64,000 bases of DNA from Chloroflexota bacterium (GCA_030447245.1 JAUJPG010000022.1:21885-85884), one strand, 5' to 3'; shown: positions 50,930-61,833, counted from the stretch's first letter. The notes: generated by a model from the letters alone, not told the origin. Numbers and translations are program-made.

Positions 50930-51354
50930 CGTATCAACTACCAACATTCCATCCTTCGGATGACACAAAAAAAGGGGGCGCTGACTCGTCGAGTCGCGCG
51001 CCCCTCGCTGGATCGTTCGCGTTGTCGTGTCACCACTTCTCGACTGTTCGTTCAAATGATACCAGGTTGGGCCGTTGCCCGTCCATGGAACGCGGCCAGT
51101 AGCGGAGGGGAGGTCGCGCTCGGATGGCGATCGGATTCTTCAAGCTGAGCGCGACCGCCCACGTGCGGGGCTGCTTCGTCGCGCATATCGCAAGCGGTGC
51201 GTGAGAAAGAAGCTGTACCCTAAGAGTACGGAGTCGGCCGCGGACGACGAGCGTCCGCGTGGCGGCAGATCGTGAGTCGCGGCGCCGGGATCCGACGGCG
51301 GGTCCGGCACTCGGCCGCGACGACGACCGTCGTCCGTGGGGAGAGGACCAGGCC

Positions 51355-53064
51355 ATGGCAGGCGAGAGCATCGCGAGTGAAGGTGGCGCGGTGGACAAGG
51401 GGACGCTGAAGCGGGGCTGGCTGGCTGGCCTGTTGGCGGCCTGCGTGATGACGGCGGTGATGGCCGTCCTCCGCCTGACCACGGGCGTCCTCTCCCTGCC
51501 CGAGATCATCGGCGAGGCGATCGTCACGCTGATGCCCGCGGCGGCCTTCTCGGCGGCGCTCGACCTGATGCAGCGAGCCGCCAAGCCGACGCTGTACGCG
51601 AGCATCTTCGTCGGCCAGATCCTCGTCGGCGGCCTGCTCGGGCGCTGGTACGCTGGCGGCGCGCCTGAGTGGCGACGCGCGCTGAACCTGGCCTTCGCTG
51701 CCTGGTTGGTGATCGGCGGGATAGCCTTACCGGTGCTTGGCGCCGGTCTGTTCGGCAGCGTGGTACGGGCCGGTCCGATTGTCGTCGGCGTCCAGATGCT
51801 GATCGCATTTGCGACCTTCGCGGTGGCCCTGGTGCTGGCCTACCGCGTCCTGGAGGCGCTCGCGACGGGCGACCGAACCGAGGCGCGAGCAGACCGCCGC
51901 GCCGCCCTCGTCACGCTCGGGGCCGGTGTCGCGGTCGTCGCCGGCGGCGGCTATGCGTGGCGGTCGCTGCTGGGCGGCCAGGGCGCGGCCCCGGCACCGA
52001 CCTCTGCCCCGAGCGCCGTGGAGGGCGGCGGCGCGATGGCGGCCGGCGCGACTGGCACGACGGCTGGCGACAGCCCACTCGCCGCCCCGATCCCCCCGCC
52101 GCCGCGCGGCATCCCGCCGCTGGACGCGCCGCCGGTGCCGATGAGCGTCCTTCCCAAGGCGCCGGCCGCGCCGCCGTTCGCGGTGGCGGGGCTATCGCCA
52201 GAGGTGCTGACCGCCGAGGACTTCTACACCGTCTCGAAGAACCTGGTCGATCCGAGAGTCGACGTCGCGAGCTGGAAGCTTCAGATCGACGGGCTGGTCG
52301 AGCGGCCGATGACGCTCACCTACGAAGACGTCACGGCGCGGGCGATGCACAGTGACTACTACACGCTCCAGTGCATCAGCAACCTGGTTGGTGGCGATCT
52401 GTGGGGGAATGCCCACTGGAAGGGCGTTCGGCTGGTGGGTCTGCTGGCGGAGGCCGGCTTGAAGCCCGGCGTCCGGAAGGTCGTGTTCCATGGCGAGGAC
52501 GACTACACGGACAGCATCGCGATCGACGTTGCGCTGCGCCCTGACACGCTGCTGGCGTACGAGATGAACGGCCAGCCGTTGACCAAGGAGCACGGCGCTC
52601 CGGCCCGCCTGCTGATTCCTGGCATCTACGGGATGAAGAACGTCAAGTGGGTCAAGCGAATCGAGGTGGTCGAGGCCGACTTCAAGGGGTACTGGATGCA
52701 GCGCGGCTGGAGCGACCGGTCGCCGTACCAGACCTCCTCGCGGATCGACGTGCCGCGAAATCGGGCGACGCTGCCGGCCGGCGAGATCGCGATCGCCGGC
52801 GTGGCGTTCGCGGGCGACCGCGGCATCGACAAGGTCGAGGTCAGCCTGGACGACGGCAAGTCCTGGCAGGACGCGCTGATCAAGCCGGGGCTCGCCCTCA
52901 ACGCCTGGAATCTGTGGGGGTTCACGACGACGTTGGCGGCAGGGACGTACCCGATCAAGGTGCGCGCCACCGACGGCACCGGCCAGCTCCAGTCCGAGAA
53001 GGAACGCGACCCGCTACCCGACGGCGCGACCGGCTACCACTCGGTCCTGCTGCGGGTGGGGTGA
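51355..53064 (+). CDS. sulfite-oxidase-family molybdopterin oxidoreductase with N-terminal membrane domain (paralog 2)
   Basis: About 5 hydrophobic helices, a Gly/Ala/Pro linker, then a Mo-domain (YYTLQCISNLVGG, WKGVRLVGLL, PARLLIPGIYGMKNVKWVKRIEV) and a dimerisation domain. Confidence 0.8.
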   Translation: MAGESIASEGGAVDKGTLKRGWLAGLLAACVMTAVMAVLRLTTGVLSLPEIIGEAIVTLMPAAAFSAALDLMQRAAKPTLYASIFVGQILVGGLLGRWYAGGAPEWRRALNLAFAAWLVIGGIALPVLGAGLFGSVVRAGPIVVGVQMLIAFATFAVALVLAYRVLEALATGDRTEARADRRAALVTLGAGVAVVAGGGYAWRSLLGGQGAAPAPTSAPSAVEGGGAMAAGATGTTAGDSPLAAPIPPPPRGIPPLDAPPVPMSVLPKAPAAPPFAVAGLSPEVLTAEDFYTVSKNLVDPRVDVASWKLQIDGLVERPMTLTYEDVTARAMHSDYYTLQCISNLVGGDLWGNAHWKGVRLVGLLAEAGLKPGVRKVVFHGEDDYTDSIAIDVALRPDTLLAYEMNGQPLTKEHGAPARLLIPGIYGMKNVKWVKRIEVVEADFKGYWMQRGWSDRSPYQTSSRIDVPRNRATLPAGEIAIAGVAFAGDRGIDKVEVSLDDGKSWQDALIKPGLALNAWNLWGFTTTLAAGTYPIKVRATDGTGQLQSEKERDPLPDGATGYHSVLLRVG

Positions 53065-53139
53065 GTGCTAGAGGCAGAGGTCCGTGGTTGACTCGGCTGA
53101 GCGGCACCAGTCGCGGGACGATAGGACCGCGTCCGGAAG

Positions 53140-53325
53140 ATGGACATCTACGCCCGGCACGGCGTACCCAACTACTGGATCGTCGATCCGATGCGGTGGC
53201 GGGTTGAGGCGTTCATTCTCGTCGACGGCGCTTGCGAGCTCGCGGTCGCGGCGAGCGACGGCGGGATGTTCAGCGCCCCGCCCTTCTCCGACCTGGCGAT
53301 CCCGCTGGCCGAGCTCTGGGCCTGA
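53140..53325 (+). pseudogene. C-terminal fragment of a Uma2-family endonuclease
   Basis: MDIYARHGVPNYWIVDPMRWRVEAFILVDGACEL...LAIPLAELWA matches the Uma2 C-terminus (...YARAGIPEYWIVD...ELF); the N-terminal two thirds are absent. Confidence 0.45.
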
Positions 53326-53365
53326 TCCAGGCGCGAGATAGTAGAGATAGTCGCCGATAAGCGCA

Positions 53366-53398
53366 GGGACCGGGATCGCGCTCATAGATCCCGGTCCC
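53366..53398. terminator. hairpin GGGACCGGGATC-N9-GATCCCGGTCCC downstream of the aldolase-like gene
   Basis: 12-bp perfect stem located 24 nt after the minus-strand stop at 53422. Confidence 0.45.
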
Positions 53399-53421
53399 AG
53401 CGCGTATCGGCGGTACTTCGA

Positions 53422-54813
53422 TCAGACGGCCGCGGCGGCCTTCTTGATGCTCTGCGGGGCTGGTTTGTCGATCTTCGTGGGCTTGATGTACCTGGCGACG
53501 AGGTCGCGGCTGTTGGATGCGCCGAGCTGGTCCATCAAGAACTCGAACTTGCCCTGGAGGTCCTGGCCGATGCCAGACCGCGTTGACTCGGGCAGGTTCC
53601 AGACCCGCTGCTTGAACGGACCCCAGGCCTTCTTGCGGGTCTTGTAGACGAACTGGTCGTCCGTCTCGCCTTCCTTGGCTTCATCTGCGCAGTTGTCGCG
53701 GCACCACTGATTGACTTCTTCCAGGAGGTCCTTCGGGAAGTGGCCGCCGTCGTAGGTGATGTTCTGGAACTCGGTCGCCAGGTGGACTTCAAGCGCCTCG
53801 TACCGCGGGAAGTTGCCGAACGCCTCGGACGGCAGGGTTGACGCTCCATGTTGGACCGCCCCGCCCAGGCCGTACTCGCGCGCGACCTCGCCCAGCGTCT
53901 TCAGGGTGTCGAAGTCGATCTTCACCGACGCGATCGTCCCGTCCGGAAGCCGCACGCCGCCGTGGGAGGTGCCGGTCTGGATGCTGACCTTGCTCAAGCC
54001 ACGCGATCCGGAGAAGCGTCGGTTGAAGCCATCCAGGTAGGCCTTGAGCTCGCCGACGGTGCTGTTGTGCTTGCCGACCTCGCCGATCTCGCCGCCAATC
54101 GAGATCGTCACGCCGGCCGGCTCCTCTTGTCGGATCAGCGTGGCCAGCTCGGCGCACCGCTCGTAGTTGTGGCGCTGCTGCTCGTCCAGCGACTCCGGGC
54201 CGAGATCGACCAGCGTCGACGTGTCAATGTCGATGTTGCCGTAACCGGCCGCGATCGCCTCGCGAATGAGCTTGCGCAGCCCCTCGATCTCGGCATCGGG
54301 GTCGGCCTTGTACTTCTTGGCGTTCGCCTGGAAGTGGTCGCCCTGGATGAAGATCGGCCCCTGGTGCCCCTCGCGGATCGCAGCAGCCGTCACGACCGTC
54401 GCGAACTCCTCGCAGTTCTGGAACGTGTAGCCCATCTCGGAGCGCGCCAGCTCGAAGATGAAGGCGGCGCAGTTCTTCGCTTGCGCGGCGCGGACGAGCG
54501 CACGGGCTGTGTCATAGGCCATGCCGCGGACGTTGACCGCCGGAACAGTCAGCCTGTCGTACTCGCCGCGAGCGCGGGCCTTGTAGAGCTCGTCGATCGA
54601 GGCCGACGCGACTCCGACTCCCCAGGCCGCCTGCCAGATCAGCCACCTGGCAGCCGCGCTCGTCTGCTCATCACCGAAGACGGCGGTGTGCACCAGGCGA
54701 TCGATGTGCTCGTTCCGCAGTAGCTCGGGATTGGTGACCTTGACGCCGCCATTGTCCGTCTGGAGGGAGCCTCGGACGGCGCTCAACATCTCGGGTACGC
54801 TGGCGTACTGCAT
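53422..54813 (-). CDS. class II (metal-dependent) ketose-bisphosphate aldolase family protein, long form
   Basis: FIQGDHFQ, GNIDIDTS, ISIGGEIGEVG and IQTGTSHGG resemble the class II FBA / tagatose-bisphosphate aldolase metal-binding blocks; the family assignment is tentative. Confidence 0.6.
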   Translation of the reverse strand: MQYASVPEMLSAVRGSLQTDNGGVKVTNPELLRNEHIDRLVHTAVFGDEQTSAAARWLIWQAAWGVGVASASIDELYKARARGEYDRLTVPAVNVRGMAYDTARALVRAAQAKNCAAFIFELARSEMGYTFQNCEEFATVVTAAAIREGHQGPIFIQGDHFQANAKKYKADPDAEIEGLRKLIREAIAAGYGNIDIDTSTLVDLGPESLDEQQRHNYERCAELATLIRQEEPAGVTISIGGEIGEVGKHNSTVGELKAYLDGFNRRFSGSRGLSKVSIQTGTSHGGVRLPDGTIASVKIDFDTLKTLGEVAREYGLGGAVQHGASTLPSEAFGNFPRYEALEVHLATEFQNITYDGGHFPKDLLEEVNQWCRDNCADEAKEGETDDQFVYKTRKKAWGPFKQRVWNLPESTRSGIGQDLQGKFEFLMDQLGASNSRDLVARYIKPTKIDKPAPQSIKKAAAAV

Positions 54814-55033
54814 GGCATCGTCTCCTTCCGGCGTCCTCAACGACGCGGACCTCAATATAGCACGCCCCTGTGCGAGCGGTGGCCGCTCGTGCGAGCGGCC
54901 GCCGGGGCGCGGCAGCGCTCGCGCTTACTGGTACACTGCCGTGAGATAGGGTGACCGCTCGGGCGGGGCCGCGCTGGCGCATGGGGATCCGATCGCGGCG
55001 CAGAGCTCCCGCGCAGCGAGCCGGGACGGGGTG

Positions 55034-55429
55034 ATGGCGAGGCACTTCACGCGCGAAGAGGCAACCGCTCTTCTGCCCGAGATCGCCCCGCTATTGGAGG
55101 AGATCGTCGACCTCCGAGCGCGCCTTGAGCGTGCCGGGCACGACCTCGTGGCACTGCATTGGAAGGCGCGAACCAACGGCCACGTCGACCACGAGGGCTC
55201 GTTCACGTCCGGCCAGTCGGCGCGGGCCGAGCTGCTGGCCGAGATCAGCGCGCGGGTGGCGCGCATCCAGAGTCTGGGAGTCGAGCTGAAGGACCCCGCA
55301 CTGGGCCTGATCGACTTCCCGTCGCTGCGCGAGGGCCGCGTCGTCCACCTGTGCTGGCGCCTGGGGGAGGACGGGATCAACTGGTGGCACGACCTCGACT
55401 CCGGCTTCGCGGGCCGGCAGCCGCTGTAA
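55034..55429 (+). CDS. DUF2203 domain protein
   Basis: MARHFTREEATALLPEI...GVELKDPALGLIDFPSLREGRVVHLCWRLGEDGINWWHDLDSGFAGRQPL matches the DUF2203 consensus. Confidence 0.65.
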   Translation: MARHFTREEATALLPEIAPLLEEIVDLRARLERAGHDLVALHWKARTNGHVDHEGSFTSGQSARAELLAEISARVARIQSLGVELKDPALGLIDFPSLREGRVVHLCWRLGEDGINWWHDLDSGFAGRQPL

Positions 55430-55456
55430 GCTCGGCATTCCGCCGAACGATCCTGG

Positions 55457-56563
55457 ATGCACGTTGCCGTCGACGCTCGCCTGACCGGCTACACGGCCGC
55501 TGGGATCGCCCGCTACACCTGGGAGCTGGCGGATGCGCTCGCCTCGATGGCGCCGGAGCATCGATTCACCTGGCTCGGGAGCAGGCATAAGGCTCTACCC
55601 TTCTCGGTAGCTCCAGACCAGCGCCGGCTGCGACGGGCGACGTTGTTGACACCACCGCACCACCGGTGGGAGCAGCTCACGTTGCCGCTGGAACTGCTGC
55701 GGACACGCCCGAACCTGCTCCACAGTCCCGACTTCATCCCGCCGTTCCGCCGCTGGTGCCCGGCGGTCATCACGATTCACGATCTCGGTTTCCTGCTCTT
55801 CCCCGAGACGCTGACCGACGAGAGTCGCCGCTACTACGGCCAGGTGGGCCGGGCCGTGCGGAGCGCCGAGCGGATCATTGCCGTCTCGCACAGCACGGCC
55901 TGTGACCTGGCGGAGCGCCTCGGAGTGACGAGTCGCGTGCGGGTCATCCATAACGGCATCGGCGCGGAGTTTCGCCCGCGCACGGCCGCTGAGGTAGCGG
56001 CCGCTCGGCGGCAGTACGGGCTGGACAAGCCGTACATCCTCTTCCTGGGCACACTGGAACCGCGCAAGAATGTCGTCACGCTGCTGCGGGCATTCCGGGC
56101 CGTTCGCGCCCGACACGACGTTCAGCTTGCCCTGGCCGGCCGCCGTGGCTGGCTGTACCAGCCGATCTTCGACGAGATCGAGCGGCTCGGTCTCGGCCGC
56201 GACGTGCGGATCATCGACAACGCACGGGCGGATCGCTTCCCGGCCCTTTACAGCGGCGCGTCGGCCTTCGCCTACCCGTCGCTCTACGAAGGTTTCGGCT
56301 TGCCGCCGCTCGAAGCGATGGCGTGCGGGACGCCAACGGCCGTGGCCGACACGTCCTCGCTGCCCGAGGTCGTCGGCGACGCGGCGCTTCTCCACCCGCC
56401 GACCGACCACCTGGCGCTGGCGGAGGCCCTGCTCCGCCTGCTCGAAGACGAGACGCTGCGTGCCGACCTCAGGCGACGCGGGTTGGCCCGGGCGACTCGC
56501 TTCACCTGGCAGGAGGCGGCGCGGCAGACGCTCGACGTGTACAAGGAAGCGCTTGGCGGGTAG
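55457..56563 (+). CDS. glycosyltransferase family 4 (GT-B, glycosyl transferase group 1)
   Basis: C-terminal EGFGLPPLEAMACGTPTAVADTSSLPEVVGD is the GT4 E-x7-E motif region. Confidence 0.8.
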   Translation: MHVAVDARLTGYTAAGIARYTWELADALASMAPEHRFTWLGSRHKALPFSVAPDQRRLRRATLLTPPHHRWEQLTLPLELLRTRPNLLHSPDFIPPFRRWCPAVITIHDLGFLLFPETLTDESRRYYGQVGRAVRSAERIIAVSHSTACDLAERLGVTSRVRVIHNGIGAEFRPRTAAEVAAARRQYGLDKPYILFLGTLEPRKNVVTLLRAFRAVRARHDVQLALAGRRGWLYQPIFDEIERLGLGRDVRIIDNARADRFPALYSGASAFAYPSLYEGFGLPPLEAMACGTPTAVADTSSLPEVVGDAALLHPPTDHLALAEALLRLLEDETLRADLRRRGLARATRFTWQEAARQTLDVYKEALGG

Positions 56564-56662
56564 GAGCGCACGACACGATGGATGCCCTCCGTGAGGCAGC
56601 GTGCATGCATGGCTCGAGCGGACGCACAGCGTGCACCTTGCGCCGCGGGCGCCACCGCTGGT

Positions 56663-57883
56663 ATGCCCCGGTGGGTGAAGATCCTGTTTCTTACGCCGCG
56701 CTTCCCGTACCCGCTGGACGGCGGGACCAATCTCCGCAACTTCCGCTTGATGCAGGCGGCAGCGACCGAGCACGAGGTCTCCTTGCTCTCGTTCCTAGAC
56801 CGCCCGATCCGCACCCAGGATCTCGAGCCAGTCCAGGCGCTCTGCCGACGGGTGGAGCTCCGATCGGCGCCAGTGCACCGCGCGGCCTGGCGGATCGCGA
56901 CGACACTCGGCTCGCCGCTGCCGGACATGGCGTACCGCCGCTGGTCACCGCGCTTCGCCGGAGCGCTCCGTTCGTTCCTGGATGAGGAACGCCCGGACGT
57001 GGTCGACGTCGAAGGTATCGAGATGGCCCGCTATCTCCCGCTCTGCGAGGGCGTTGGACGGGTTCTCGGCGAGCACAACGTCGAGTACCTGCTCCAGGCG
57101 CGCATCCGGGACGTCGATCGGCGCCATCCGCGCCGCTGGCCGCGGGCGGCCTACTCACTGGTGCAGGCCCACAAACTGGCCCGCTTCGAGCGGGCGGCCT
57201 GTGGGCTGGCCGATCGCGTGGTGGCGGTCTCCCGGGAGGATGCAGCGGCGTTGGCCCGACTCCAGCCGAGCGGACGGTACGCGGTGGTCCCGAACGCGGT
57301 CGACACGGCCGCCTATCCAGATCAGCGGGACGAACCGGAGCGGCCGGGCCTGCTGTTCACGGGGACCTTCGACTTCCGGCCAAACGCGGACGCGATTGCC
57401 TGGTTCCTGGACGAGATCTTCCCGCGGGTTCGGGCGCGCCACGCCGCCGCGCGGGTCTGGGTGGTCGGCCGAGGACCAAGTCGGGCGCTCGTTGCACGGG
57501 GGCAGATTGATTCGGCGATCGCGGTGACCGGAGCGGTCGACCGGCTCGATCCGTACTGGGAGCGGGCGAGCGTGTACGTGCTGCCGATGCGGACGGGCGG
57601 CGGCGTACGATTCAAGGCGCTCGAAGCGATGGCAGCCGGTGTGCCGATCGTCTCGACGCGGCTCGGCATGGAGGGCATCGGCGCCGAGCCGGAACGGCAC
57701 TATCTGGCGGCGGACTCGGCCGACGCGTTCGCCAGGGCGGTCGAGCGCCTGCTGGACGACGCGGCACTACGCGCGCGGCTGGCCATCGAGGCGCGCCGGC
57801 TCGTCCGCGAGCGTTACGACTGGCGTGCGGTTGCGCCGGCGCTGTTGGCGGTCTACCGCGGGCTGGATCGAGCATCGGCGTGA
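56663..57883 (+). CDS. glycosyltransferase family 4
   Basis: MPRWVKILFLTPRFPYPLDGGTNLRNFRL...GGGVRFKALEAMAAGVPIVSTRLG matches GT4. Confidence 0.8.
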   Translation: MPRWVKILFLTPRFPYPLDGGTNLRNFRLMQAAATEHEVSLLSFLDRPIRTQDLEPVQALCRRVELRSAPVHRAAWRIATTLGSPLPDMAYRRWSPRFAGALRSFLDEERPDVVDVEGIEMARYLPLCEGVGRVLGEHNVEYLLQARIRDVDRRHPRRWPRAAYSLVQAHKLARFERAACGLADRVVAVSREDAAALARLQPSGRYAVVPNAVDTAAYPDQRDEPERPGLLFTGTFDFRPNADAIAWFLDEIFPRVRARHAAARVWVVGRGPSRALVARGQIDSAIAVTGAVDRLDPYWERASVYVLPMRTGGGVRFKALEAMAAGVPIVSTRLGMEGIGAEPERHYLAADSADAFARAVERLLDDAALRARLAIEARRLVRERYDWRAVAPALLAVYRGLDRASA

Positions 57884-59013
57884 GCCTCGGTCGGCGGGTG
57901 GCGCTGCTGGGCCTGGCCGGCGTGCTGCTGCTGCTGGCCACGCCGGCGCGCCGAGTGGCCTGGGAGGCGATCGACCTCGAGACGCGCCACCGGATGATTG
58001 CTATCGGCTCGCGGCTGGTCGCCCGCCGCGTCGAGACGGCCGACGAGGTTGTGGTGAGCCCGCAGGTGGACAATCCGATCGGCGTCAACGTCTTTCTGGA
58101 CCAGGAGACGTCCGAGGCCCGCCGGCGCAGCTTCGAGATGCTGCGGGCGGCAGGTGTGGGCTGGGTGCGACAGCAGTTCGCCTGGAAAGAGATCGAGCGG
58201 GACGGAAAGGGCGATTTCCTCGACCGCAAGTGGAACGTCAGCGCCTGGGACAGCTACGACGAGATCGTCAACCTCGCGCTGGCCCACGACATTCAGGTTA
58301 TCGCCCGCGTCGACACGTCGCCGGCCTGGGCCAGGCCGGGCAACGACTGGGAGCAGTCACCGCCCGCGCGCGATGAGGACCTGGGCGACTTCGTGTACGC
58401 CCTGGCCGAGCGCTACCGGGGACGGGTACGCGCCTACCAGATCTGGAACGAGCCGAACCTGGCGATCGAGTGGGGACGCCAGGCGCCGGACCCGGCGGGG
58501 TACGCACGCCTCCTCCGGGTAGCCCGCGACCGGATCAAGCAGGCCGACCCGGGCGCGATCGTGCTGAGCGCGTCGATGGCGCCGACGCTCGAGGAGAGCG
58601 AGGATGCTCTCAACGAGCTGCGCTACCTCCAGGAGATGTACGACGCGGGCGCGGGTGGGGCATTTGACGTGCTGGGCATCCAGGCGTACGGTCTGCGGAG
58701 CGGCCCGGACGATCGGCGACTGTCCAGCGGAGACGTCAACGTCTCGCGGGCGCTGCTGGTGCGCGAGCTCATGGTCCGCAACGGCGATGCCGCCAAGCCC
58801 ATCTGGGCGACGGAGATCGGCTGGAACGCGCAGCCGTCGAGCTTTCCAGGACCGGTCCCATACGGGGCCGTGAGCGCGGAGCTCCAGGCCCGCTACACCA
58901 TCCGCGCGTTCGAGCGGGCGCGCGTGGAGTGGCCGTGGATGGGCGTGATGGCGGTCTGGTTCCTCAAGCTGAACGAACCATGGCAGCCGGCCCAGCCCTG
59001 GCACTCTTTTTAG
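57880..59013 (+). CDS. secreted GH-A clan glycoside hydrolase (GH5/GH113-like)
   Basis: Signal peptide VSLGRRVALLGLAGVLLLLATPA; catalytic acid/base motif YQIWNEPNL; nucleophile region IWATEIGW; the start overlaps the upstream stop (GTGA). Confidence 0.6.
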   Translation: MSLGRRVALLGLAGVLLLLATPARRVAWEAIDLETRHRMIAIGSRLVARRVETADEVVVSPQVDNPIGVNVFLDQETSEARRRSFEMLRAAGVGWVRQQFAWKEIERDGKGDFLDRKWNVSAWDSYDEIVNLALAHDIQVIARVDTSPAWARPGNDWEQSPPARDEDLGDFVYALAERYRGRVRAYQIWNEPNLAIEWGRQAPDPAGYARLLRVARDRIKQADPGAIVLSASMAPTLEESEDALNELRYLQEMYDAGAGGAFDVLGIQAYGLRSGPDDRRLSSGDVNVSRALLVRELMVRNGDAAKPIWATEIGWNAQPSSFPGPVPYGAVSAELQARYTIRAFERARVEWPWMGVMAVWFLKLNEPWQPAQPWHSF

Positions 59014-59098
59014 CATCCTGGAGCCCGACTTCACGCCGCGCCCGATCTACCACGCCCTGCGCGCGTACGCAGCCGAGCGCGGACTGCGGGGACACGGA

Positions 59099-60756
59099 AT
59101 GAGGCAGGCGCGCCTGCCTCATTCCGTGTCCCCTGGCATCCTGGTCCTGGCGGCGGCGCTCCGCGGGTATCGTCTGGACGCCCAGAGCCTCTGGTACGAC
59201 GAGGGCGTGAGCGCCTTCATGACCACGCGCGGGCCCGCCGAGATCGCGCTGGCGGCCGCCGCGGACATCCACCCGCCTCTGTACTACTGGCTGCTCGCCG
59301 CCTGGGCAGTCCCCTTTGGGGCCGGGCGAGGTGGCGCTACGGGGGCTGTCAGCCGTCCTGGGGACGATGACGGTCTGGGTCGTCTGGCGGCCGGGGCGCC
59401 GCCTCTCCGACGACGTGGTGGGCCTGGCTGCCGCGGCTCTGCTGGCGGTCTCGCCGCTGGCGGTCCAGTACGGCCAGGAGGTGCGGATGTACGCGCTGGC
59501 CGGCCTGCTGGCGGCGGCGGCGACCTGGGCGTACCTGGTGCTGCTGGAGAGCATCGCACTGGGGCGCTCGGAGGCCAGGACAATCCTGCTGTATGCGCTG
59601 CTGTCCGCGGCGCTAATCTACAGCCACTACTACGGGGTGCTCGTGCTGGCCGCCCACCAGCTCCACGCCGCAGGGAGGATCATCAGCGGCTGGAGGCGCG
59701 ACCTCATGGTCAGCGTGTCGCGGAGCGGCGCCGCGGTACCGGCGGTGGCGGGGTCGTCATCGGGCGGCAGCGTGAGCGGCTGCTGCCGTGGCTGCTGGCG
59801 AGCGGGCTCATCGCCGCGCTGTACCTGCCCTGGCTGCCGTATGCCCTGCGCCAGACGGGCGACTACCTTGGGCCTGGGGACACCCCAGCCGCCGTGGGCG
59901 CTGGTGCTGGACGCGGTAAACGTGCTGTCGCTCGGGATCGCCACGACACGGTTCGAGCTTCGGTGGCCCTGGTGCCATTCGTCATCCTGGCGCTTCTCGG
60001 GCTGGCCCGAAGGAGTGAACGGCCGCGGCCAGGTGCCAGGGATCGACGACGTCCGTCGGTGCATTGCTGGCGCTCTGGTTGGTGATCCCAATTGGTGGGA
60101 TCGTCGCCCTCTCGGCGACGCGGCCGCTCTACGAGCCGCGTTTTCTGATGCTGGTCCTGCCAGCCTGGACGATCCTCGTCGCGGCCGGCGGCGTTGGCGT
60201 GAGTCGTGCGGCGGTTCGCTGGGGCGCCCGGCGTGGGCTGGCACCGAGCGGGCGGAGCGTCCTCGCGGGGGTGGTCGGCGCCGGGTTGCTCGCGATGTTG
60301 CTGGTCCCGACCGCGCGCTCGCTGGCGGCGTACTACTTCGATCCAGCATACGCCCGCGATGATTATCGCGGTCTGGCCCGCCGGGTCGCCGAGCTGGAGC
60401 AGCCGTCCGACGCCGTCATCTTGACGGCTCCCGGTCAGGCCGAGATCTTTGGCTACTACTATCGTGGGAGCGCCGACCTCTTTCCGCTGCCGGCCCAGCG
60501 GCCGATCAACCCGGCCGATACCCTCGCCCGGCTTGAAGCCGTGGCGAACGGTCATCGGCGCGTCTGGTTCGTGCGCTGGGCGGCCAGCGAGGCCGATCCG
60601 GACGACTTGATCGGCGGCTGGCTTCACGACCACGGCCGCCCGACTCTCCTCGAGCGCTTTGGCCGCGTCGAGCTCCACCGATACGATTTGAGCGGGCAAG
60701 CGAAACAGGAGGATCGGTCGATCGCACGCTCCGAGGACGTGACCGATGGCCGCTGA
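59099..60756 (+). pseudogene. GT39/ArnT-PMT-like membrane glycosyltransferase with at least five frameshifts
   Basis: GILVLAAALRGYRLDAQSLWYDEGVSAFM...DIHPPLYYWLLAAW (frame 2); ...RGLSAVLGTMTVWVVWRPGRRL...YSHYYGVLVLAAHQL (frame 0); ...RLLPWLLASGLIAALYLPWLPYALRQ (frame 2); PWALVLDAVNVLSLGIA (frame 0); VALVPFVILALLGLA (frame 2); MLALWLVIPIGGIVAL...RVELHRYDL (frame 1). Confidence 0.55.
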
Positions 60757-61750
60757 GCCGCGGGCCGCGCGGGCGTCCTCGGTGGGACTCTGCCTGACCG
60801 TGCTGAACGAGGCGGCCGGCATCGACGAGCTGCTCGCATCGGTCGAGGCTCAGACGCGAGCGCCGGACCGCATCGTGATCGTCGACGGTGGGTCGACCGA
60901 CGGGACTCCCGAGCGGATCGCCTCCTGGCGCGAGCGCGGGCTGCCGATCGAGCTCCTGGTGCGGCAAGGTGCCAACATCTCCGTCGGCCGCAACCTGGCG
61001 ATTGCTCAAGCCGAGACCGACTTGATCGCAGTCACCGACGCCGGTGTGCGGCTGGAGCCGCGGTGGCTGGCCGCGTTGGTCCGCCCGTTCGAGGAGCCGG
61101 AGCCGCCGGACGTCGTCGCCGGGTTCTTCGTCGCCGACCCACGCTCGACCTGGGAGCTGGCGCTCGGGGCGACGACGCTGCCCGCCGTGGACGAGATTCG
61201 GCCGGAGCAGTTCTTGCCGTCGAGCCGGTCCATCGCGTTCCGGCGCGCGGCCTGGACTCGGGTGGGCGGCTACCCGGACTGGCTCGATTACTGCGAGGAC
61301 CTGGTGTTCGACCTGGCCCTGCGGGCGGCGGGGTGCCGGTTCGGCTGGGCGCCGGACGCGCGGGTCCACTTTCGGCCTCGCCCTGGCCCGTGGGCCTTCT
61401 TCGTCCAGTACTACCGCTACGCGCGCGGCGACGGCAAGGCCGATCTCTGGCGTCGCCGCCACGCCATCCGCTACGCCACCTACCTGGGTCTCCTGCTCGC
61501 CCCGCGGCTGGTTCGCGGCCGCCGCTGGCTGCTCGCCGCCCTGGCCCTCGCGGCCGGCGCCTACGTCCGCCGCCCCTACGCCCGGCTGCTGCCGAGCCTG
61601 GCCGGCCTCTCAGCCCGCGAGCGCGCAGCCGCCCTCGCCTGGGTACCCGTCATCCGCCTGCTGGGCGACGTGGCCAAGATGCTCGGCTACCCGCCCGGCG
61701 TGATCTGGCGTGCGCGTCGCGGCCGGAGGGCCGATGAGGATAGCCGATGA
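60746..61750 (+). CDS. glycosyltransferase family 2
   Basis: VGLCLTVLNEAAGIDELLASVEAQT...IVIVDGGSTDGT...AVTDAGV...CEDLVFDL has the GT-A fold motifs. Confidence 0.75.
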   Translation: MAAEPRAARASSVGLCLTVLNEAAGIDELLASVEAQTRAPDRIVIVDGGSTDGTPERIASWRERGLPIELLVRQGANISVGRNLAIAQAETDLIAVTDAGVRLEPRWLAALVRPFEEPEPPDVVAGFFVADPRSTWELALGATTLPAVDEIRPEQFLPSSRSIAFRRAAWTRVGGYPDWLDYCEDLVFDLALRAAGCRFGWAPDARVHFRPRPGPWAFFVQYYRYARGDGKADLWRRRHAIRYATYLGLLLAPRLVRGRRWLLAALALAAGAYVRRPYARLLPSLAGLSARERAAALAWVPVIRLLGDVAKMLGYPPGVIWRARRGRRADEDSR

Positions 61751-61833
61751 AGCAGGGCGCGCCGCAACGATGCACGAGCGATACCCGGCCGCGTATCGCT
61801 CGAGGCACGGGGACGCGAGCTGCAGTCGGCGTT

